Position numbers and translations under genes: made by a program
Notes under the pieces: generated by a model
Told to the model about the DNA's origin: nothing
The model's input: only the letters and a program-made list of their open reading frames with translations
The model's database searches: none
Part shown: positions 1 to 9,610 of the stretch, in pieces
Layout of the letters: each line of letters opens with the position of its first letter
Numbering within the stretch: position 1 is the first letter of the stretch
From: Trichomonas gallinae
Lineage: Eukaryota
Assembly: GCA_008369845.1 (NCBI GenBank)
Contig: MRSU01009438.1
Coordinates: 1 to 41,400, forward strand
DNA: 41,400 nucleotides
Reading direction: 5' to 3'

Positions 1-76
1 CAATATTCGCGGCTCTACATTCATTTTAATTTGGTGAAAATTTACCCAAAAAAGGGAAAAAGTTGGAAACGTACGG
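1..76 (-). mobile_element. Non-coding insert interrupting the edge gene: either a Tc1/mariner-pogo-type terminus (TA|CCGTA...) or a spliceosomal intron (GTACGT donor at 74-69); truncated by the window
   Basis: On the minus strand the family-like coding sequence ends at ...GCC CAA TA(78-77), followed by CCGTACGTTTCCAACTTTTCCCTTTTTTGGG, a pyrimidine-rich tract. The other end lies outside the window. Confidence 0.35.
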
Positions 77-453
77 TATTGGGCACCAGTCACTCTCTTT
101 GCTGCTCTATCTCTGTCTTCTTTGGGTGTTCCTAATTTTCTTCGCAATCTCATTAATGATTGGTTCGTTTGCAGGTAGTAGTCTCTGTAGTCATTTTGAG
201 GATCTTCGATGAACATTGCTTTATGGAAATTTTGCATGTTAAGTCTGTACATCCATTCAGTCCATGGCTTGTATCTTCTTGTCGAATTAGGAATCGTTAT
301 TACTCCTATAAAAACTCGTCCATTTTCGCTTCTCTGTGAAAAAGAAGTCAAAACAATCGGCCTAAATTCGATATCAAAGAAAGACGATACCAGCAGAAAG
401 ATGGGAACAATGCTGAGCAATGTTTGGATGTACAAGTTCATGGCTACTGGCAT
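77..453 (-). CDS. 5' part of a type II membrane protein, probably glycosyltransferase-like (GT31/fringe-like); interrupted at about position 76; missing from the ORF track
   Basis: My translation from ATG 453 is open to the window edge: MPVAMNLYIQTLLSIVPIFLLVSSFFDIEF...RVFIGVITIPNSTRRY..W..W...DRDRAAKRVTGAQY. It has an N-terminal hydrophobic anchor and a 'VFIGVIT...R...W' strand typical of GT31-like proteins. TCATT Inr-like sequence lies at about 478-484. Confidence 0.55.
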
Positions 454-1083
454 TCTAATTAGTGTAAATTGTACATTGAATGATGACACTTTTCCGCTCA
501 GGAAACTTATTAATAACTTTTTTTATAGTAATTCTCTTAAAATCAGTAACGAATAATTATTGTAAGGTTTAAAAATTCCATCACAAATTTTCAATAATGG
601 AAAGGTTGTTGCTGATTTGACATTGTAAAAATTATTTCGGCTATTGTAATCAATTTTCCTAATTCTTGTTATTAAATAAAAAAAACTTGGGCATTTTTAC
701 ATGTAAACTATTCAATATTTCAATGGTTTACACTCAAGACTCTGAGACGCAATACGACCATGTTTTTAAAGTGTAAAATAAGATCAATATGTTACTCTAA
801 TGCTTTATATACTTAATGGCTTGTATAAATTATATCATTTTGATTACAAAGGAAGGAGTTTAAGTGATGTGTACTTTTTCATGTAGAACTATATTTTTAC
901 TCCATATATTATTAATTTATCATTTGCATATGAATCATTATTAGAGATTAAACTCTCGTCCATACTATTCTGGACTTGTGAATCATGTTCATAGAGAATT
1001 TGAATGCATCATAAGCATCTAAATAAGTTTAGCAATCTATATTTAATAATAACAAACAAAAAATAACAAATATAAAAAGTGTT

Positions 1084-4000
1084 TCATGCATTGGGTCCTA
1101 AAATTATCTTCGCGATTTTTGTGAACTCATCAATGGAAACAGACTTGTTTGCGACTTTCAAGATATCACTCTTGAAAGTCGCCCACATGTGATTAAAGAC
1201 TTCTACAAGAGAAATTGGAGGCTTACACACGCATAGTAGCCTTCTTATCATCTCAATGATCATCTGCTCCTGCAAATTTTCGCTTATCCTTGGGAAAATT
1301 GCAACTAAAACATTCATGACGAATATTGTGTGCGAGTTCTTATATCTGACGTGATCCATCAGCATAGTCAAGAAAATAGTTGAAGTCTTGATAAGTCCTA
1401 TGAAGACTTCCAATATCTGCGCCGTGGAGTTGAAATTCTCGTGCTTGCTAACATAATAAGCGATCAAGAAATAAATGACACGCCACAAAATTGATGGATC
1501 GGTGCTGGCCATAGTTTTAACGATTTCGCAAACCTCCATGACTGACTCTTCAAGATTAACAGCAACTTTGTCGAATATAAATGGCTCTAGCTTTGATTTG
1601 AGCATTTTCATTTCAGGGGAACTTCCGAAGGTTATACCTATTGGCGGTGGAACTTTTTGACCACCGTGAATTGTCGCATTAAGTATTATGTTCCTTATCT
1701 GCGCGGCTCTTGGGGGGACGTGCTCTAGTATCAAACAGTGGTAAGAAACAAGGAATGCCGGGTAACTGTCTGCCAAAGTGTATAAAATTCTGACAGTTGG
1801 TAGATAGAAAACGTCAGGAACATTGACAGCTAATTTGATTATGCAAATAATGAACCGTAAAGTGAAGTGTACTGATGTAGGATCAGCGTTGTCGATTAAA
1901 ACAGGCAGAACCTTCGGATGCAAAACAAGCTGCATCCATGAACAAGTGAATCCAGGAATAGCTCCAGGCGCGTAATGCATGAAGAACGATAATAATCTTT
2001 GAGGATGCAAATCTTCCAAAGCTGTCAGTGTTTCCCAAGTAATACGGAACACAGCGCGCTGATGGCTGACTACTACAGCCGGGGGAAGCAATTCAAACGC
2101 TTTGAACAAGCCAGGTAACAATGCTTCAGTCAAAATTTTTGATGGAAGACTGGGAATAACTGAGGCATAGCAATCTATTGCTGTATAATCCCTAGAACTG
2201 TCGCCGACACTCGCAAGAATTAATTGTATGAGAGAAGTGACCTGAGCTGGCGATCCTGGCACGAATTTCGCGATGAATTCTTGCTTCGATGTTTCGTCGC
2301 CGACTTTGCAATATTGTATGAAGTATCTGAGCAGTGGAATGTGCGAATGGTCTGGAGTCGGGAGGTGCTGGTCATCGTGAGGTGGTTGCATGCCTGTTAA
2401 CATGTATAATGACGTGAAATTTAGTTCAGGATGAATTCGATTTATTTTGAAAATGAGTGGCATCATGCGCTGAATGAGGTGATAAGCTGTTGGTCCTGTC
2501 TCCGGACTGGCTAGAATATCAGACAATAAAGAATTGATTGCTGTGAAGTCAACAGTTCTTGTATCAACTAATGCGCTCAAAATGTTTTGATTTGGGAATG
2601 CATATCTAAGCCTGTTCATATCTGGTGCCATTGGATTTATTTGTAACAGTTTTTTGAGAATTTTTGAAGCAGATTTTGATAAAACTGGATTTGCAGCCAT
2701 TGCAAGCGAAAATATCATATTAGTAAGCTTTGGTATTGTTGCATCAAACTGTGGAATGTTATAAGCTCGAGCTTTTCCAACAAAATAATATTTTCTGATA
2801 TATTCTGCTTTTTCAAGCATTTCTACAAGGTTCTGCGGGAATTTTGTTACATCTGGCAAATAATTAAAGAAATTATAAACCTTGTTCGCATCTGTACATA
2901 AAATTGAATTTCTTGAATAAGGCGCTAAGAACGTTTCATTAGTTTGGGGGTTCTGCTGGAAGACAGCGTGCATGTCAAAACTCATTGGATCTACTTCTAT
3001 AGTTCTATTATAAAAGAATTGGATACTTGTTCCAAAAATATTCGCAAAATTATCAACAGCTTGGCGCACATCGAGTCTTATGTCACTATTATTGACAACA
3101 GCTGCCATTATCTCCAAAATTCCTGTAGTATATGGACAAGGAAGCTGATAAATTTGATTTGCTCTTGAAAAGTAGCCTGTGAGCAGAATAACAGCTTCCA
3201 TGAAGCATCCTATACGTACTGATTCTTTTAATATCTTGTGCATGTCGATATAATAAAGCGGCGGCGGAGGTCCATGAGATATTGACAATAAACCAATCCA
3301 AATTCCAATTTGATGCAGTTGCATGTGATAACTGCATCTGTCCCATCTCACTACGCCTCTTCCATCTGATGAAGAGTTAGAAATTAAATGTTTCGCATAA
3401 ACACAAACAGCTTCAAGCAACACTTTAGGAGAATCCCTTAAGTGGTCTGGTATCTGAGAGTTCAAAACGTATGAAATTAGATAGTGTCGTCGGTGCTCTT
3501 CTTGCATTAAATAAGCTTGTTGGACGCATTCTTCGAGTGTGGATTTCAGAGGTGGCTCATTCGGGCTCCTCGTGATGGATTTTAGCTGTATTTGCGGTCG
3601 TATTGGGATTTGAAAGGGTCTGGGCGGAGTTGGAATTGAAAAATGATTTCTTGACACGTAAGAGTCAATTGGAACATTTGTTTCGAGAACTTGGTTAATA
3701 GCGATGAAAAGGTCGGGGTGTCTGTAAAGAAATCCCGGAATAATTGCAACAGATTCGAGAAATGATGGAAATCGATATCCGAAAAGTAGAATTTCTTGAG
3801 CCATACCCATACAGCATTGCTCACCGAAGTAAGTGTCCTTCTTAGAAAGCAATTCGTTCATGTATAATAATAATGTTGGCTGAGGAATCAAGTTATTGAT
3901 GGCAAACCAGCCTACAAGTGATGCATAATCTGGTGTGATGGGTTTTTCGAGAACACAGCGTAATATGCATGATAATTCGATTTTTTTCTGATTTCCCAGA

Positions 4001-4119
4001 TAATTGTAGCACATGTCGAATATTTCACTCAACGGTTTCAATAGTAATGTTTTGCATTCAGCAACAAGCGACTGGTCATAGTCGTTTAACGCGGTAGTAG
4101 GGTAAAATCGAAAACTCAT
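1084..4119 (-). CDS. NOT1: CCR4-NOT scaffold Not1-like protein (compact, 1011 aa)
   Basis: LHQIGIWIGLLSI...IDMHKILKES...PCPYTTGILEIM resembles the CAF1-binding MIF4G domain. PGAIPGFTCSWMQLVLHP, FLVSYH...PPRAAQIRNIILNA and DHVRYKNSHT resemble the Not1 C-terminal domain. Start moved from GTG 4161 to ATG 4119, which is preceded by GTCACTTTTTATCATTC (Inr). Confidence 0.8.
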   Translation of the reverse strand: MSFRFYPTTALNDYDQSLVAECKTLLLKPLSEIFDMCYNYLGNQKKIELSCILRCVLEKPITPDYASLVGWFAINNLIPQPTLLLYMNELLSKKDTYFGEQCCMGMAQEILLFGYRFPSFLESVAIIPGFLYRHPDLFIAINQVLETNVPIDSYVSRNHFSIPTPPRPFQIPIRPQIQLKSITRSPNEPPLKSTLEECVQQAYLMQEEHRRHYLISYVLNSQIPDHLRDSPKVLLEAVCVYAKHLISNSSSDGRGVVRWDRCSYHMQLHQIGIWIGLLSISHGPPPPLYYIDMHKILKESVRIGCFMEAVILLTGYFSRANQIYQLPCPYTTGILEIMAAVVNNSDIRLDVRQAVDNFANIFGTSIQFFYNRTIEVDPMSFDMHAVFQQNPQTNETFLAPYSRNSILCTDANKVYNFFNYLPDVTKFPQNLVEMLEKAEYIRKYYFVGKARAYNIPQFDATIPKLTNMIFSLAMAANPVLSKSASKILKKLLQINPMAPDMNRLRYAFPNQNILSALVDTRTVDFTAINSLLSDILASPETGPTAYHLIQRMMPLIFKINRIHPELNFTSLYMLTGMQPPHDDQHLPTPDHSHIPLLRYFIQYCKVGDETSKQEFIAKFVPGSPAQVTSLIQLILASVGDSSRDYTAIDCYASVIPSLPSKILTEALLPGLFKAFELLPPAVVVSHQRAVFRITWETLTALEDLHPQRLLSFFMHYAPGAIPGFTCSWMQLVLHPKVLPVLIDNADPTSVHFTLRFIICIIKLAVNVPDVFYLPTVRILYTLADSYPAFLVSYHCLILEHVPPRAAQIRNIILNATIHGGQKVPPPIGITFGSSPEMKMLKSKLEPFIFDKVAVNLEESVMEVCEIVKTMASTDPSILWRVIYFLIAYYVSKHENFNSTAQILEVFIGLIKTSTIFLTMLMDHVRYKNSHTIFVMNVLVAIFPRISENLQEQMIIEMIRRLLCVCKPPISLVEVFNHMWATFKSDILKVANKSVSIDEFTKIAKIILGPNA

Positions 4120-4684
4120 CGCTGAATGATAAAAAGTGACACTCCATACAAAATCTGCCACGTAAAAATGTCAAAATGACAAATATCGAAACATAATTTG
4201 TCATGTAAATTCACAACAAATTTACCAAAGGTGCGGACATGTACAAAATCTGATATTCGTCAAAAATTCACCAGGTTAATGTTGAGCGTCTATTAGCATA
4301 GGTGATTAGAACTGAGCTAACCTAGTAGATAAACATGATAGTATACTATACACCAGGTATCTGTACCTTTGATTTACCAAATAAAAGTTGTAAAAATTGT
4401 AACAAAATAAAAACCCCTAATAAACGTTTCATAATTTAATGTGTTAGCGCACTTCATTCTTTATATCCGATTTGAAGCATATAAAGTTAAATATTTCTTT
4501 GCTTTTAATTTTTGATATTTTGAAATTGCTTAGAACTTATGAAAGAGCCGACAATATAGTTTTTGATAAATAATTGAGGCTAGAAATCTAAGTATTATGT
4601 TTAACTAAGCAAATATATTTTTTAAAATAAAAAATATGGATGTAATAAGAGAAAACAATTTTATTTGAAATCCATGAGATATGA

Positions 4685-5956
4685 TTACTGTGTTTCTCCA
4701 GGAGCAACAAACGAGAAACCGTTGAATTCGTTACCAGTTCCGACTGGTGTAGCGATTGAGTCCTGAGCGGGCTCGCAAGTAAATTCAGAATCGAAGTTAA
4801 GAGCAGCGACGTCGTTCGGTATCGTTGGAACGAAGGACGGTTTATACTTCCTTTCGAGGACTTCATCGAAATTCATTCCGTTGAAGAATGGATGTACCTT
4901 AATCTGCTCAAACGTGTATCTCTCTTCTGGATCCTTGGCCAAAAGATTGCTGATAAAATCAATTGTATTGCGATCTGTCCTTGCTGGGAATTTCGGTGGC
5001 TGTGTGCGAATTGCCATGAAAAGTAAGGCACGGTTGTCGGACTGGAATGGTGAATGACCGTTGAGAAGTTCGTATGTTAAAATACCAAGAGCCCACCAGT
5101 CGATAGCTGGTCCGTAGCTGCTTCTCGCGACAACTTCTGGCGCCATGTACTCGAATGTACCGCAGAATGTTGTTGTGCTTGATTCATCGGTGAGATCTTT
5201 AGCGAGGCCGAAGTCTGTGAGCTTGACGTGGCCCTGTGCATCAAGGAGGATGTTTTCTGGCTTGATATCACGATAGATGACACCGTGCTTGTGCAAGAAG
5301 TCGAGAGCGAGAGCCATTTCAGCAATGTAAATGCGTACATCGTTGAGAGGGAAAGAACCGAACTTTTGAAGGTGGTAGAAGAGTTCACCACCTGGGGCGT
5401 ACTCGAGGCCTAAGTAAACTTTCGTATCTGTCTGAAAAGCGAATTTCAATGAAACGATAAATGGATGTTGCGCTTTCATGAGAACATTGCGCTCGGTGAA
5501 AATTGTATGAACCTTTTTGGCAGACACGAGCCTATTTTTATGAACTGTTTTGATGGCGAATACGTCTTTTGTGTTCTTCTTGTGGCACAGCATGACTTTT
5601 CCGTAAAATCCACGGCCGAGAACTGATATAACATCGAAATCATCCATTGTTATGCCAGAAGTCATGAATGTCATCGATCGCATTTGGTTGAGCCAATCAT
5701 TTAATTCTTGAACAGACGCTGTAGCGAGAGTGATTGGTTTTTCTCCCTTAGGGCTGAGCGTGAATCTTGGTGGCGATACATCGGATTGTGATTCGATTGT
5801 TACATCACCATTCATATTAATATATCTTTCAGGCTTTTCGACTTGCGATTTAGATATGATAATTTGGCTGCCAATGGCAACAACATAACGCTTGTGCCAG
5901 AAGCCAAACTTGCTGCCTTTCTTGTTGAGATAGCCACTGATCAACACTTTCGACAT
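4685..5956 (-). CDS. PH-domain AGC Ser/Thr kinase (PKB/Akt-like)
   Basis: N-terminal PH domain (SGYLNKKG...WHKRY...ELNDWL); kinase motifs GRGFYGKV, AIK, YRDIKPEN, DFG, TFCGTFEYMAPE; AGC C-tail NFDSEFT and hydrophobic motif FNGFSFV. Confidence 0.93.
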   Translation of the reverse strand: MSKVLISGYLNKKGSKFGFWHKRYVVAIGSQIIISKSQVEKPERYINMNGDVTIESQSDVSPPRFTLSPKGEKPITLATASVQELNDWLNQMRSMTFMTSGITMDDFDVISVLGRGFYGKVMLCHKKNTKDVFAIKTVHKNRLVSAKKVHTIFTERNVLMKAQHPFIVSLKFAFQTDTKVYLGLEYAPGGELFYHLQKFGSFPLNDVRIYIAEMALALDFLHKHGVIYRDIKPENILLDAQGHVKLTDFGLAKDLTDESSTTTFCGTFEYMAPEVVARSSYGPAIDWWALGILTYELLNGHSPFQSDNRALLFMAIRTQPPKFPARTDRNTIDFISNLLAKDPEERYTFEQIKVHPFFNGMNFDEVLERKYKPSFVPTIPNDVAALNFDSEFTCEPAQDSIATPVGTGNEFNGFSFVAPGETQ

Positions 5957-6046
5957 CGAAAAAAAGTTTTTTTATTGCTTTTGTTGTAAACTTTTTTATT
6001 ATTGATTCCCTATTAATTGAAAACAGATACAATAAACAAAAAAATT

Positions 6047-6054
6047 TAACCGCT
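6047..6054 (-). promoter_or_regulatory. Match to the Trichomonas M3 core-promoter motif (DRCSGYTD) upstream of the kinase
   Basis: AGCGGTTA on the minus strand, about 90 bp upstream of ATG 5956. A GTCACTTT is nearby at 6063-6070. Confidence 0.35.
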
Positions 6055-6847
6055 AAAATCAAAAAGTGACAAAAACAAAACTAACCCATCATAACATTTC
6101 ATAAACAATTTATAGCATTTTTAAACTTTTGTCACCTTTATTTTGAATCAGCTGTGTCACGTTTTATGCCAAAAACTAATTAATTAAAAATCATTATCTG
6201 TGTTATATCTAATTTAATATTTTTATTTAAAAAATTGAATAAACACTGATAGATCTTTTATATTTTGGATTTGGGATCTATACTTTATATGTATTTTGTT
6301 TTTCACGTCGAAATTGATTTGTCAACTGAGAAATTTTGAAATTTAGTCATAAACTTGTTATATTACACGAAATCACCGTTAATATATAATATACTCTTTG
6401 TATAGAATTACATATTAAGCTCTGCAGCAATTTTTTTGGATCAAATCAATTAAGAGCCGAAAAAACTCCTGATTTGACACTTTATAAATCGATTTTCAAC
6501 TATTGTTGTTTTATCTCAACATAATCTCACCGGAAATTTAGTTGATTCCGTAAATAAATTTTCAAAGCAATCAAAATATTAAATCTTTTCTATTTTATGT
6601 CATCGAGCAATTAATTTACCTATAGGCAATTCTTTGCCAATGTCACTACATAGATAATTTCACATTTTATTTTTTGATAATTTGTTAATGATGCACAACA
6701 ACTAAATTGATTTTGATCATAACTATTTTTTTCATGATGTGAATAGATTTAGATATGTATTCCAACAAAATCTATTTTATATTTTTTGGAAAAATATTTG
6801 ATATAGATTTTAAGAGAGTTATATACAAACATTAATCTTTATATGCT

Positions 6848-7243
6848 TTATTTCATGCACTTGTGATCTAAATGTGCATTAATGATATTAAATGCAGATT
6901 CTGGGTTAGATTGAAAAGCAGCACTAGAAATAAGTGCTTTTGCGTTCTGAATTGCAGCTCTGTTATTCTTCTTATTTGCTCTGCGAGGATCTGATTCTTT
7001 TTGATGACCTTGAGCCTGAATCTGATTGATTAAGTCAGCAAACTGTGTTCCCATAGTAGCGTTTTCTTCAACTTCTGGTGGTCTGTTAGCCATTTCTCTT
7101 TCGAGTTGCTCTTGACGAGCCATTTCAGCTTTAGCTTCTTCTTTAGCGACCAGTTGCTGATTTAACTTATCCTTTTTCATTTTGCGCTTCTCATCTTTCT
7201 TTGTAAGACCAACTTTAGGCTTTAAAGCTTCTTTTGTATTCAT
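6848..7243 (-). CDS. Slx9/FAM207A-like ribosome biogenesis protein
   Basis: Basic N-terminus KKDEKRKMKKDKL and C-terminal LISSAAFQSNPESAFNIINAHL match the Slx9 'F..NP...I..HL' pattern. Stop is embedded in TAAA. Confidence 0.6.
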   Translation of the reverse strand: MNTKEALKPKVGLTKKDEKRKMKKDKLNQQLVAKEEAKAEMARQEQLEREMANRPPEVEENATMGTQFADLINQIQAQGHQKESDPRRANKKNNRAAIQNAKALISSAAFQSNPESAFNIINAHLDHKCMK

Positions 7244-7274
7244 AAATCAAATTTGTCTTGCTTTTATAAATTTA

Positions 7275-7326
7275 TTTACATGTCATATATGACAATTTAC
7301 ACGACATATATTAAATTTACATGTCA
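7275..7326. promoter_or_regulatory. Three copies of the TTTACAYGWCA motif upstream of the Slx9-like gene
   Basis: tttacatgtca at 7275, tttacacgaca at 7296, tttacatgtca at 7316. Confidence 0.55.
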
Positions 7327-7663
7327 TATATATGCATCTTATCCAAAATATAAGTTGATATAATGGCTATGATAAAATTTATAATCTATAATAGGATTCC
7401 AATCGGTTTTTCTGTAAGCATGTGATAGTAATATGATTTTGTCATTTTTATTCTATGAACAGCTGTTTTGACTTCATGTTTATAACAGTTCTCAAAGAAA
7501 ATTTGAATTTTTCTCATGATAGATCCACTGCTAATAGAGAATAATATAAAAATCAAATAAAGAGACAAGCAATACCATTATCATTATACGAAAAATAGTT
7601 CTTAAAATTATCCTAAAAAAGAACAATATTTTTAAAATAAATACAATAAAATTAATATGGAAA

Positions 7664-9241
7664 CTACTGGCATACATCTCTGACATCAGGATCAGTGTCA
7701 TCTTTAAACAGTTCAAGTAGCTTTGAGCCCTTTTGTAATCTCTTCGCAATGACGTATCTGACATTTGTAATTTCGTCTGAAGCAAGTTTCCTCATCACTG
7801 CCTCAGCTTGAGGACTTTCTTCTATTCCCAGGTCAATTGCAGCAATGGCGACAGTCTGCCTGATCTGGTAGTCGTCGCTTTGGGCGCCTTCGTTGAGGAT
7901 TTTAACGAAATCATTTAATGCCCAATTTTTGCCGAGTTTCTTTGCGATTAATGTAACTGTCTCTAATGCAGCTGACCTCACAGCGCATGCGTCATCGAAG
8001 AGTATAGTTTTCATGACATTAACTACACCAGGAGAAGCTCTGAGGAGCAACTCAGGCAGTTTTCTCACGACTGGTTCTCTTTCGCGCCATTCTTTAGACT
8101 TAAGCATCTCCAAAATGCATGAAGTTGTCACATCATCAGGAATTGACGACTTGCTCAGCGCGTCTAGGGCAGCCAAGGACATCTCAGAGTTGTTCATCTT
8201 GACTAGATTGGATAAAATCTCGGATGCATATTCTACATCATTCGTTTTGAAAACGAAGGCTGGTAGACTTCTTACACCGGCTGAGACTACTGATGGACGG
8301 TTGTCTTCGAATGCTGCATCAATGGCATTGCGTGCATGTTCGAGATCGGCGCCTGGAATGCCAAGATAGAAAGAAATTTGTCCAGCAGCTGATGATGCGA
8401 CGTCTGGATCTGAGTCATTTAAGCTCTGCGATATGAAATTGAATATATCATCAGCAGATGTGTTTGAATTGAATATTTCATGAATCTTGGACAAGAAATA
8501 AGACCTAACTTTCCAATTTGGATGGATTGTGAGTTCTTCGCCGCATTCAAGTGCTTCATTAACACGGCCAGTTGATGCAACAAAAGATATAAAGAAATCT
8601 GTTACAGGCATTGCAACAGAAATACATGTATCTTTAGCATAACTCATCATTACTCGTAATAACAGTTCTTTTTCATTCGCATTGAGATATGGTGTTATTT
8701 TTGATGCAGAAGAAGAAAACGATTGTCTAACAAGCGGCGTTTTATCAGATTCGAGTTCTATTATTTGACTGAAGAGTGTTGAACGAACGGTTTCTGGTAA
8801 ATCGCCAGCCATTTTTGCAAACATTGAGATTGCAGTGCTGCGTGTTGTGGCTAATGGACTTTTGAGCATTGAGCAAATTTGAGGAACCAAAATTGACGAA
8901 ACTTGATTTGGTGATAAGGTAGTGAATATCGAGTAGATTGCATTTACAGATGCTTCACGTATTTGATGCGATTCGAATTTTGTGATTTGCAAAATATTTC
9001 CTAAAATATCTCTAAGATCATCATTTTTGTATTTGTTCAATTGAATTTTCGGTATTTGATTGAGGATTTCTAGCCAGATTTTCTCTGAAAATGAAGGTGT
9101 CTCGATTAAATAAGGAAAAAACTCGTTAACAGTTCTTTTTTGGCCGAGAGCTTCGACTATTTGAGGCAGGGCCATGACAGCTGCCATTTGTTCGGCAGTG
9201 CCAGGCTTCCTCATGTTCATTATCATATCAAACATTTCCAT
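7664..9241 (-). CDS. HEAT-repeat protein, PP2A scaffold (A/PR65) subunit-like
   Basis: LPQIVEALGQKRTVNEFFPYL resembles PR65 repeat 1. Repeated HEAT ends: DKTPLVRQS, HPNWKVRS, KEWRERE, DDACAVRSAA, DEITNVRY, DTDPDVR. Confidence 0.8.
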   Translation of the reverse strand: MEMFDMIMNMRKPGTAEQMAAVMALPQIVEALGQKRTVNEFFPYLIETPSFSEKIWLEILNQIPKIQLNKYKNDDLRDILGNILQITKFESHQIREASVNAIYSIFTTLSPNQVSSILVPQICSMLKSPLATTRSTAISMFAKMAGDLPETVRSTLFSQIIELESDKTPLVRQSFSSSASKITPYLNANEKELLLRVMMSYAKDTCISVAMPVTDFFISFVASTGRVNEALECGEELTIHPNWKVRSYFLSKIHEIFNSNTSADDIFNFISQSLNDSDPDVASSAAGQISFYLGIPGADLEHARNAIDAAFEDNRPSVVSAGVRSLPAFVFKTNDVEYASEILSNLVKMNNSEMSLAALDALSKSSIPDDVTTSCILEMLKSKEWREREPVVRKLPELLLRASPGVVNVMKTILFDDACAVRSAALETVTLIAKKLGKNWALNDFVKILNEGAQSDDYQIRQTVAIAAIDLGIEESPQAEAVMRKLASDEITNVRYVIAKRLQKGSKLLELFKDDTDPDVRDVCQ

Positions 9242-9610
9242 GATAATTTTTGTAGACGTTTAATTTTTTGTCCATAAATCTTTGACATGTAAAGTGTCAA
9301 ATTTATAAATCAAAAAGTGACATATTTCCAATTTTTCATGGGTCTGAACAACGTATTTTTGTAAAGTCAAATGTCAAATGTAAAGCGTCAAATATTATAA
9401 TATTATAATCTCGAAATATTTCTTGTTATTAATCATCCCATTCAATCCATGAGCTACCATATTATTATAACAAAAGAATACCTGATTATATTAAAATATC
9501 TATTTGCTTAGATAGTAAAAAAATTAATCTGACTTTACATTTTAAATCCCGACAATTTACATGTCATTTTTATATTTTACAAGACAAATTTGTCATATAA
9601 AATTATAATC

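Noticed and set aside
455..474. 20-nt GT...CTAATTAG intron-like segment after an upstream ATG (476, minus strand)
   Set aside because: It does not match trichomonad intron consensus, and splicing would destroy the ATG; more likely a short uORF or frameshift.
209..556. 115-aa plus-strand ORF
   Set aside because: Antisense shadow of the minus-strand membrane-anchored gene (77-453), which has better family features and an Inr.
7893..8369. Antisense and nested ORFs (also 1475, 2944, 5077, 11883, 12247, 13488, 22851, 24869, 31975, 32875, 34426, 36514, 37922)
   Set aside because: They overlap well-supported genes, often start at non-ATG codons and show no motifs; expected from codon bias.
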